From a virus, in IMG/VR virus record IMGVR_UViG_3300028908_000006, positions 26,339-90,338 of that record: 64,000 bases of DNA. One strand, written 5' to 3'. Positions within the stretch are counted from its first letter, which is position 1; the number at the start of each line of letters is the position of its first letter. Shown here in pieces: positions 28,989-37,600 of the stretch. Position numbers and translations under genes: made by a program. The notes beneath the pieces are model-generated. The model was given only the letters and a program-made list of their open reading frames with translations, was not told where the DNA came from and did no database searches.

Positions 28989-29993
28989 CCCTACGATATT
29001 ACAACCTTTAAAGAGTATATAGAGAAAGAGGCGTATTCGATCTTCTTCGACTCGCTTCCTGCCCCGGACCAGCCTTACTATCAGTTCGTTGAGGTGGATG
29101 AGGATACCGGTAAGATTCTCCACCAGACAGATTCTCTTGCTTACTCCGGGACTCTTGATACCTGGGAAGAGGGAGACACCCTCACTTATGAAGAGCCTCA
29201 GTTCGGTTATCCGGTGTATGGCCGAGTGAGGTTCTTCAGGAAGGGACGTAAGCTTACCTGGCATCAGCAGCAGATTCAGTCCCTCGCGGACCAGCTTCTG
29301 GCTCAGGTGCGTGATTGGGCCTGGGCTTATACCAGGACTAAGAATGAGTGGATTCGCCGGATGATCGAGGAAGGCGCTTTGACGGCTGGTTCTGCAGTAT
29401 TCAACCAGTCCATTGCTGGTTCCGATCCCTGGACAGACCCAACTGGTAACTTTATCTATGATAACAAGCCTTTCTTTGCCAATGACCTGTCTGGGACGGG
29501 TGGAAGCGACAATCGTCACCCTCTCAAGACAGATCCTACTAAGCTTTATGAGAACTATGCGGCTCTTCCGCTTACTTATGATAATTTGCTCACGGTTTAC
29601 AACAAGATGGTCCAGAACAATGTTGACGACTGGGGCCGTAAGATAGAGGTGCGACCTGATATTCTCCTGGTGCCAACTGCTCTTGAAGTAACTGCTCGTC
29701 AGCTGGTGGAAGCCGACTTCGCGCCTCATGATGATACCACTCCATCCAAGCCTAACCCGTTCAAGAATGTGCTTCGGGTAGTGGTATGGCCTGAGCTTCA
29801 GGTAAGTGATGGGTGGTGTTTGATCGATTCCAAGATGAAGGGAATCGTGGTGCTTGAGAATCCGGCTGACGTTGACATCAACGTTTGGATTGATGAGAAG
29901 GAGCGGGCGCTTTACTGTGACATCGTGTGTAAGTTTGGTGCCTATGTAAGGAACTGGCGTCCGTTCTTTGGTTGTAACTATCCTCAGAGCTAA
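28986..29993 (+). CDS. major capsid protein (HK97 fold, Mu gpT-like)
   Basis: 335 aa; YDNKPFFA, IEVRPDILLVPTALE, NWRPFFG. Confidence 0.85.
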   Translation: MPYDITTFKEYIEKEAYSIFFDSLPAPDQPYYQFVEVDEDTGKILHQTDSLAYSGTLDTWEEGDTLTYEEPQFGYPVYGRVRFFRKGRKLTWHQQQIQSLADQLLAQVRDWAWAYTRTKNEWIRRMIEEGALTAGSAVFNQSIAGSDPWTDPTGNFIYDNKPFFANDLSGTGGSDNRHPLKTDPTKLYENYAALPLTYDNLLTVYNKMVQNNVDDWGRKIEVRPDILLVPTALEVTARQLVEADFAPHDDTTPSKPNPFKNVLRVVVWPELQVSDGWCLIDSKMKGIVVLENPADVDINVWIDEKERALYCDIVCKFGAYVRNWRPFFGCNYPQS

Positions 29994-30084
29994 TCCCTGA
30001 GATTATAGGGGTGGCGCTGGGCTTCCGTCTCATGGTGGGTGCCTGGCGCTGCCCTTCATCATATTATCATAGGAGGATAATAAA

Positions 30085-30246
30085 ATGCCAAGGGGCAAGC
30101 GAAGTGAACCAAAGTTTAAGGACTTTGATGTCTTTACTAAGGAAGTTGCTGAGGCTGTTAGAGAAGGCCGTGTGTTGAAAATCAAAAATGGCTGGAGAGT
30201 GTTCTATGGCGAAGAAAAAGGGAAGAAAGAAGAAGAAAAAGTGTAA
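30085..30246 (+). CDS. small basic protein (53 aa)
   Basis: AGGAGG RBS; MPRGKRSEPKF...EEEKV. Confidence 0.6.
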   Translation: MPRGKRSEPKFKDFDVFTKEVAEAVREGRVLKIKNGWRVFYGEEKGKKEEEKV

Positions 30247-30265
30247 AAAGAAGAAGTGATGAAAG

Positions 30266-31237
30266 ATGTTAATTTCTACACCATGCCATCCAAAGGCAAA
30301 TTCCTATGTTTCGTATGAGGAACTTGAAGACGCCCTCTCTGTTTTTGATTGGTGGGAAGCTTTAACACCAAAACGGAAAGAAAACGCCGCCATATTAGCC
30401 GCAAGTGCTATAGACGCCGTCCCGTATATTGGGAGGAAGCTCCTTTTAGGACAAAGGCTTCAGTTTCCAAGAGCAGACCATCCTGTTCTAAAAATAGAGG
30501 GAAACATACTTCTGCTTGTGGAAAACTATGAAGGTGTTGGGGCAGAAGTAACAGAGCCTTCTACGAGCTTTTCATTTGATATAGACATCTTCCCAACCTC
30601 TCTCACTATCAAGTATAAGATAGGCGGGAATGATTATTCTGTTGGTATGGATGACGATGGAAGCATAAATGATTCCTACGTCTCGGGGTATTGTGATCGC
30701 AACCGTGGCCGTGTCGAATTGACATTCACGGTCTCTCCTGATGTTGGGTCTTCGATTACATATAGCGGTGATGGTTACCATAGAAAGAAGGTGAAACACG
30801 AGACTCTTGAGGCCGATCCTGAAAATGTCATGGAAGGGTTCATGAACACCGGGGCCGTTAGATGTGTTGGAGATGACTTTGACATCATTTCAAGTATCAC
30901 GGCATCACACCCCAGGAGTGGTATTCTGGAATTTGAGAACCTCATCCCTGGGCTACCTGATACAGAGACGCATTTTTACATAATTGCACCAATACATGAA
31001 GACATAAAGATTGCTCAGCTCATTCAGACTGCTCATATAATAAACCCAACCGGGGTATTTCCAGTTGAGGGTATCAGGATAAGGAAGATAGCCGATACTA
31101 TGGTTTCATTTTCAGATCGTATTCTTGGTTATTCTCGCTATGTAAGAATGGCCTCCAGGTATGGGCTTCACCCTGCTGCTTTCACCAGATTGATACCTTA
31201 TTCAATATACGGAAAGGCTGAAGTGGGTGTCGCATGA
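30266..31237 (+). CDS. head-tail adaptor (DnaT-like N-terminus) with inserted beta-rich domain
   Basis: ANSYVS..A..AID..YIGRK..QRLQFPR; EDIKIAQ resumes after about 170 aa. Confidence 0.7.
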   Translation: MLISTPCHPKANSYVSYEELEDALSVFDWWEALTPKRKENAAILAASAIDAVPYIGRKLLLGQRLQFPRADHPVLKIEGNILLLVENYEGVGAEVTEPSTSFSFDIDIFPTSLTIKYKIGGNDYSVGMDDDGSINDSYVSGYCDRNRGRVELTFTVSPDVGSSITYSGDGYHRKKVKHETLEADPENVMEGFMNTGAVRCVGDDFDIISSITASHPRSGILEFENLIPGLPDTETHFYIIAPIHEDIKIAQLIQTAHIINPTGVFPVEGIRIRKIADTMVSFSDRILGYSRYVRMASRYGLHPAAFTRLIPYSIYGKAEVGVA

Positions 31238-31599
31238 TCTCTCATATAAGCGATGACATTCTCGCCGGAGCATACAATAATTTTGTCGATATAATACTTG
31301 TCAAACGTGATGAATATCACAATGAAGAATCCGTGCAGGTTGCTCAGGATGTTCCGGCAAGGATCATAAAAGAGTCCAGGTATGTAAGAACCTACCGCAG
31401 GGACAAAGGGATAGCTGAGACTCACGCTTTAATGTATGAGGTAATGATACGGATAGACGAAACATCGCGCCATATACTGACCAAGATAAGAAAAGGAGAT
31501 ATAATAGTTTTCAATAACAAAGAACATTGTGTTATCGATTCGACAATACTATACTCTCTTTCAGGAAGAGAGGAATATGTCAGGATCATAGTAGCATGA
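31234..31599 (+). CDS. putative head closure/stopper protein
   Basis: Size, position, beta-rich pattern. Confidence 0.55.
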   Translation: MISHISDDILAGAYNNFVDIILVKRDEYHNEESVQVAQDVPARIIKESRYVRTYRRDKGIAETHALMYEVMIRIDETSRHILTKIRKGDIIVFNNKEHCVIDSTILYSLSGREEYVRIIVA

Positions 31600-32006
31600 T
31601 AGTGGAATGTCTCCTGGAAAAACTAAAAACATTGCCAGATACACATTCAGCAATAGTGGCCTGGGGAGATAAACTGAAACCAGGCGAAACGTTGTTTGCT
31701 TACAGGGAAGGGGATGAAGAGCATGATTGTGTCTGGATTAGGGCTGATACAGCCTACTCCCCAGATATGACAGATTCAGGGATGTTTGATACGAGAGTAT
31801 CTTTGTTTGCAAGAAGTTTCAATCTTCAGAAGGGAAAGAAGTTTATCGAGGCCATAATAAGTGACTGGGATGGAAGAGAAATGGTATGTGGAGACTATGT
31901 GTTTTTGGTTCGTGCTGAATCTGTTGAGGCGTATGCCTTCCTGCTGGATGCACTTGGAAGGACTACCTGGACGATAACGTTCTATATAGAGGGTCGTCGT
32001 GCATAA
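31596..32006 (+). CDS. putative tail completion/terminator protein
   Basis: Position; ATGA coupling. Confidence 0.5.
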   Translation: MIVECLLEKLKTLPDTHSAIVAWGDKLKPGETLFAYREGDEEHDCVWIRADTAYSPDMTDSGMFDTRVSLFARSFNLQKGKKFIEAIISDWDGREMVCGDYVFLVRAESVEAYAFLLDALGRTTWTITFYIEGRRA

Positions 32007-32400
32007 GGTTATTGAGTATGTAAAAACAAAGCTTGAGACTTGTGTGGTTCCAGAGTTCCCTGGGACTACGATTTACACGTATGCTCCACAGGCAATGAAG
32101 TATGAAAGGCCATTTATAGGTATCCAGTATAAGGGCCACACCAATTCTACTATCATGAGGACCATAGGACGGGTTCCAATAGAACATACTATTGATCTTG
32201 TTATAGGCGCGAAGGAGACATCACCATCCTCATCTGAGGATTGGTTTGTATCAGTTATAAGCAAGGTGAAGGATTGTTTCAGGCCGTGGGTGATAGAGAA
32301 TGATCTCATGCCTATCTCCACAACATCCATGGTGGAAGACGACAACTATTCACGCCTGAAAGATAGCGCCACCATCACGATACGCATACTCGAAATATAA
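31999..32400 (+). CDS. putative tail terminator protein
   Basis: Position just before tail tube. Confidence 0.5.
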   Translation: MHKVIEYVKTKLETCVVPEFPGTTIYTYAPQAMKYERPFIGIQYKGHTNSTIMRTIGRVPIEHTIDLVIGAKETSPSSSEDWFVSVISKVKDCFRPWVIENDLMPISTTSMVEDDNYSRLKDSATITIRILEI

Positions 32401-32412
32401 GCCAAAATAACA

Positions 32413-32461
32413 AGCCTAACTACTTCCTCCCAAACAAAATAGATGAGGGAGGAAGACTATG
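32413..32461 (+). promoter_or_regulatory. RBS-sequestering hairpin in tail-tube leader
   Basis: CTTCCTCCC/GGGAGGAAG stem; 22-mer identical to capsid leader. Confidence 0.75.
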
Positions 32462-33442
32462 CCACAGGTAACAGGCTCGTTCGGTAGAGTAGTAATAGAC
32501 ACTGAACAGACATATAAGACTGAAAAAACAACGAAGGCTGGATGGATTATACCATTCACTACGTGTTCTCTCGGTAAGGATCAGAACCTGCTTGAGAGTA
32601 ACACCATCTCTGCTTCTCGTAACCCACAACAGCCCGGTCTCGGGCAGATAAACGTATCCGGCGACCTGAGTGTTGAGCTTGGTGGAGCGGCCCACACTCG
32701 CCTTCTCTACCTGGCTCTTGGTGGTTACTCTGTAACCGGGACAGGGCCTTACACCCACACCATCAAGGTTGGGTCGTCTATCCCATCCTTTATTACAGAG
32801 GTTCGTTTCTCTGATGGTGATGCTTTCACTCGTTATGCGAAATATGATGGTTGTAAGATCAATCAATGGTCATTTGCTGTCAGGACTGATGCCTTTGTAG
32901 AGAGCACCTTCTCCATCATAGGATCTGAAGAGGTATTCGGCAGCACGGCTTACCAGGCTGATACAGATCTTGAAGATCCCGGCCTGAAGCCATTTACGAA
33001 CTACAATGCTACTCTCTATCTTGGTGGTAGTGCGGTGGCCTTCATTACCGAGATTTCGTTTACTGTTACCAATAACTTGGATGAAAATACATTTGCTATT
33101 GGGTCTGGCTCTGCCAGGACTTCGTTGCCAGAAGGCCGGGTGGCGGTCAATGGTAGCTTTACTGCCCAGTTCGTAGAAGATGTTGAGACCTACATAAACA
33201 TAGCTCAGAATTCTGATGAAACTCAGATTCAGATAGATCTTCAGCGTGGGACTGGTGATGGGACCGATGGTAATGAGAAGATTTCCATTCTGTTTCCTGA
33301 AGTGAAGCTGCAACCGCCCCGTAAGGAAATCCCTGGGCCTCAGGGAGTATTCCTTACGTTTAATTTCATTGCTTATGCTGATGATACTGATTCTGCTATA
33401 CAGGTCACTTGTAACAACAGCATAGCTGATCTGTCCATCTAA
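32459..33442 (+). CDS. major tail tube protein
   Basis: YTHTIK, YDGCKIN, FTVTNNL, LPEGRVAVNGSF pattern. Confidence 0.88.
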   Translation: MPQVTGSFGRVVIDTEQTYKTEKTTKAGWIIPFTTCSLGKDQNLLESNTISASRNPQQPGLGQINVSGDLSVELGGAAHTRLLYLALGGYSVTGTGPYTHTIKVGSSIPSFITEVRFSDGDAFTRYAKYDGCKINQWSFAVRTDAFVESTFSIIGSEEVFGSTAYQADTDLEDPGLKPFTNYNATLYLGGSAVAFITEISFTVTNNLDENTFAIGSGSARTSLPEGRVAVNGSFTAQFVEDVETYINIAQNSDETQIQIDLQRGTGDGTDGNEKISILFPEVKLQPPRKEIPGPQGVFLTFNFIAYADDTDSAIQVTCNNSIADLSI

Positions 33443-33457
33443 GCTTAGAACGAGTGG

Positions 33458-33534
33458 CGGGGAGTGGCGCAGTCAAGTAGCGCATCTGCCTTGGGAGCAG
33501 AAGGTCGGCGGTTCAAATCCGCCCTCCCCGACCA
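33458..33534 (+). tRNA. tRNA-Pro(TGG)
   Basis: CGGGGAG...TCTGC CTTGGGA GCAGA...GTTCAAATC...CTCCCCG ACCA. Confidence 0.93.
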
Positions 33535-33573
33535 CTATCTAAACCAAAACACAAAAAAGGAGGTTTGTTTTAG

Positions 33574-33813
33574 ATGGCCACAACTTACAAGCCGAAGCAC
33601 TACAAGGATGAGATTAAGGTAAGGAGGCTTTTGTGGAAGGAGGTGACAAAACTCCGTAAGCTCGAGGAAGATGCAAAGGACAATTTTGAAGTCATGCGTA
33701 TTGTAATGGAATGTGTGGTTGAACCAAAAGAAGCGATTGATGAACTCGATGTCAAGGAGGTAAAGAACATAGTTGATTACGCATGGGGACTCATAGACGA
33801 TTTGACAACCTAA
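33574..33813 (+). CDS. tail assembly chaperone (gpG-like)
   Basis: Position between tube and tape measure; GGAGGT RBS. Confidence 0.65.
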   Translation: MATTYKPKHYKDEIKVRRLLWKEVTKLRKLEEDAKDNFEVMRIVMECVVEPKEAIDELDVKEVKNIVDYAWGLIDDLTT

Positions 33814-34226
33814 CGAAGTATTGCGAATGGTATTTTTCAAGAGACCAGGAATACTGCTCTCATTGTAAGAAGATCCACAAAGACAGCCCGCCATGTGATA
33901 ACTGTAAGTGGGGGGAAAAGGCAGCCCCCCACTTATCTCCATTCGAGCGAGAAGTCTTCGACATCTACCTGATGATTTCAAATCAGGTGAGGACATCTTT
34001 CGGTGGTGTCGTTGGGCTTGACTACAATGTCCTTTTCAGTTTGTTTGACATCCTTGGAATAGATATGGATGACAGACTGATGTATTTCAATGGAATAAGG
34101 GTAATAGAATCATATTATCTAAAGTCACTTGACGACAAGAGAAGGAAGATGGAAAGGCAGGTTACACAGGCAGATAGTAACACTACCAAACAACTAATAC
34201 CAAAATCAATCTCTGGTAAGAGATAA
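33783..34226 (+). CDS. tail assembly chaperone (DUF1799/gpT-like)
   Basis: NQVRTSFGGVVGLDYNVL motif; -1 frame overlap with upstream ORF. Confidence 0.75.
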   Translation: MGTHRRFDNLTKYCEWYFSRDQEYCSHCKKIHKDSPPCDNCKWGEKAAPHLSPFEREVFDIYLMISNQVRTSFGGVVGLDYNVLFSLFDILGIDMDDRLMYFNGIRVIESYYLKSLDDKRRKMERQVTQADSNTTKQLIPKSISGKR

Positions 34227-34251
34227 TTTTCTGTTTAACAGATAGATACAC

Positions 34252-34692
34252 ATGAGGCTCCATCACCCATCTATGCTGAAAAACATCATTCATGAAAAAG
34301 TATGCAATAGCATGACAAAGAAGCTTGAAGTGTTTATTGATAAGCTCCATAGTGAAGTCCAGCGCAGGACAAGATTCTCATTCCAGAGATGGAAAAAGGA
34401 ATTTCATTTTTCAGGAAGCAATATAAGGGCTGCCGTGTATCTTCCGTTTGATACTGGAAACTCTGCTTCGAAGGTGAGATACACGGCGAACTTATACAAC
34501 AACCCGTATTTTGAGGCGAAGTTTCCAGGAAAGATCCACCAGCCGTTACAGGAAGCCCTTGAGTCTCTTGGTATCAGGTGTGAACCGGCACGTGGGACTC
34601 CGATAAAGCCAACACCGTGGAAGGAAGGCGCTCCAAATCTTGGAGTGAGGATAAATATTCATGATTTTGTAAGGATTCTTGAGGGGATGTAA
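34252..34692 (+). CDS. hypothetical tail-module protein
   Basis: 146-aa ORF abutting the tape measure gene. Confidence 0.6.
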   Translation: MRLHHPSMLKNIIHEKVCNSMTKKLEVFIDKLHSEVQRRTRFSFQRWKKEFHFSGSNIRAAVYLPFDTGNSASKVRYTANLYNNPYFEAKFPGKIHQPLQEALESLGIRCEPARGTPIKPTPWKEGAPNLGVRINIHDFVRILEGM

Positions 34693-37600
34693 ATGGCCAG
34701 AGATACCGTAAGGACGGAAGTAGAGGTCCAGATAAACCCTCTAATTGATGGTCTCAATGACCTCATAAGGGCCCTTGAGATCTATAAGCAGGATATTCCT
34801 CGTGGTCTTGATGCATTCACACGGGCCCAGGAGCAGTTTGCTACCTCTCTGGAGAAGGCCAGCAAAGCGCAGCGTTCTGCTGCTGGAATGCTGATAAACC
34901 AGGTGAAGCGTGATGTAAACTCCGTCCTTAGGGAATTCGATAAACTGAAGGTAAAAGCCGGCCTGATTGCAAAGGAGCTATCGGATATTGCTCCAAAAAT
35001 TGGCGGGGAGCAAGCAAAGGAGCTTGCCAGAGAACTCTCTATTGTTGAGAAGCAGGTCAAAAATATTGCAAACGATTTTTCAACTGTTCTTCCGAAGGCT
35101 CTGAAAGAGAATCGCCAGATACTCACGACTCAGTTCACAACCGATCTCAGGAAGATAAGCAGAGAGTTTGATAACATCGTCAAGAAAGCTCGCCAACTAG
35201 CTGCTGAGAATGAAAGAGCCGAGCGAGCTGAGAGAAGGAGACTTATAGAGACTGAAAGGATACGCGCTCGTTATCAAGACAGAGTATCACGCATAAGAAC
35301 AGGCGAGGAATTCAGGAAGACAGCACGAGAAATATCCTCTGTAAGAAGGAATGTCCAGGCCCTGGGCAGGGAGATAGAGAAGGAAGCTTCCAGGCTTGAT
35401 ACTCTCAATAAGAAGATGATGGCTGGGGCACGGAGCCTTGAACAATTCGAGGCCCGTGTCGCAGCTAGAATGAAACAGCAGGAAAAACTCTATGCCATTC
35501 GTGGACGTGAGCTCTCTCTCATAGCAGAGAGAATGCGCACCTATCCATTTCAGGCCCATGAGCTTGCTCGACCAGCAGAGCAAGTAATAACATCGATGTG
35601 GATTGCCGGGCCAAGACAGACACTCAAGACGTGGTGGGCTGAGGCCGGTAAGATCGCAGAGAAAGAAGGGCGAAGGCAGGCCGGTGTCTTCATCCAATCC
35701 TTTGGGCAGTTCTTCAAACAAAACTTTGCAAGAGCATTTGGGGCCTGGTTGGGTGCCGCCATTACAACCTTCCCAATCGCTTATGGTGTTATTTCTACAA
35801 TTGGGGAGCTGAACCGGCAATATAACGTGCTGGTTGATGTCTCTCGTTATGTCCAGTCAGCAACGGTTGGTGTGGCCGGGACGTTTGCTGATCTCTCCGG
35901 GATAATGAAGAACATCATATCCCTCTCTGTCAAAACAGGAAAGAGCTTCGAGGAAGTTGGTAAGGCTCTCTGGGAAATGAAATCTGCTGGTTTTGGTATG
36001 AGGGAAGCTCTTGCTGGGACAGAAGTGGCATTGAAACTCACCATGTTAGCTGGTGGCGGCATAGACATAGGTAAGGCCACAAGAATAGTGGCTGGTATGT
36101 ATAGATTGTTCAAAGATCAGTTTGCTGGGATCGCTGATGAAACGGAACGCTTCAAAAATATGTTTGGTGAAGTGGTCTATGTCCTTAACTCCAGCCAGAT
36201 AGCATTAGACGAACTATTGAGATCATTTGAATACTTTGGTGCTACTGCCAAAGCAACAGGAATGCCTCTTGAGCAGATGCTGGGCTATCTATCTGTGCTA
36301 TCTGATGAGAGACTTCCAGGGGTAGGTAGGGCGGCCAGGCAGGCTGCGAACCAGATAGCCCAGGCCATTCCAATGATAGCAGCCAGGTATGGGATCGTTC
36401 TTGACTCATCTAAAAGCCTGGCTTCTGAAATGAACAAGGTGTTCGAAGCACTCAATGCCAGGATAAAAGATGGGACGCTATCCCTTGAGGAATTTTCAGT
36501 CTGGATGAAAGAAGCCGGAGTGAGAGGCGGACCTGCTATCATAGCGCTCGCACGTAACTGGGACAAGGTGAAGAGGACAATTGAATTGTTGAAAGACTCT
36601 CAGAAATCTCTCGCAATGGATTTCGATGAGTTCTTCGAAACCGTTGCTGAGATAAGAATGTCAACTTTTGAGATGCAATGGAACCGCCTCAAGAACGCCA
36701 TCTTCGGTGTTACAGCAGAAGGGATACATCCTCTCAAGAACGAGATGGCCGATCTGTTCAAGATAATGGCTGATGGATTTGAGACTTTATGGAAAGCTCT
36801 TGATAATACAAGTCTTGCCCTTGATGCCTTACTTGCAAGTGCCGGCGCCTTCATTGGAGCTCGAGTTGGTGCCGCCACAGGTGCAATGTTTGGTGGTCCG
36901 CTTGGAGCAATGATAGGCGGATCACTTGGTCTTGGTGCCGGTATAGGGCTTGGTAAGTTCCAGCATTGGTCTGAAGAACAGATCCAGAAACAAATAATAG
37001 GATTCACGTATGATGATCTGTCGAAAGCCATAAACAATCTCTTTGCCCCAGAACGTTTCGTGCCGCTCATAGAGGACGCTCTTTCAAATGTCAAGAAGAG
37101 CATGGACACCGTGGATGCCGCTTTTGGAGACGATCTCATAGAATCGTCATTTTCGTATGACGAAGCAAGCGTGAAGGCGGCAGCTGAGAGGATAGCAAGA
37201 GCATTCAACGCCCAGTTCGTGCTGGCTATATCAAGTTCTAATCTGAAAGACGAAATAAGTAAGAAGCTTAGTGAATCGTTCAGGATTGATCCAGATGTCA
37301 TAGCCAATATGATACAGTCCGGGGCCACGACAGAGGAGATATGGAAGTATATAAACGATAGGTTACTTGAGGCCGCTGAAGCTGCTGGTGTAACTGAAGA
37401 ACAGTTGCGATCTCTCACGACAACTTTAAAGGAAGGTTATACAGAGACAAAGAGATATGCCGACAATCTGAAATATTTTGCTGAGACCCTTGTCTTGGCT
37501 TCCACAGGAAAGAAAGGGCTTGAAAACGCTGCCATTGGCATAAATGAGAATTACAAATCCCTTCTTGTTACTCTTGGGCGTCTGTCAGATAAGCTTTATG

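Noticed and set aside
28890-29729. N-terminal ~280 aa of the 456-aa minus-strand ORF
   Set aside because: Antisense shadow of the capsid gene; nuclease-like sequence begins only at MREKF (28889).
30007-30056. GC-rich hairpin after the capsid gene as an intrinsic terminator
   Set aside because: No T-run follows; may be a stabilising stem, but a terminator call is unsupported.
20488-33534. tRNA genes as prophage att sites
   Set aside because: No integrase and no duplicated tRNA 3' fragment seen; phage genes continue on both sides.
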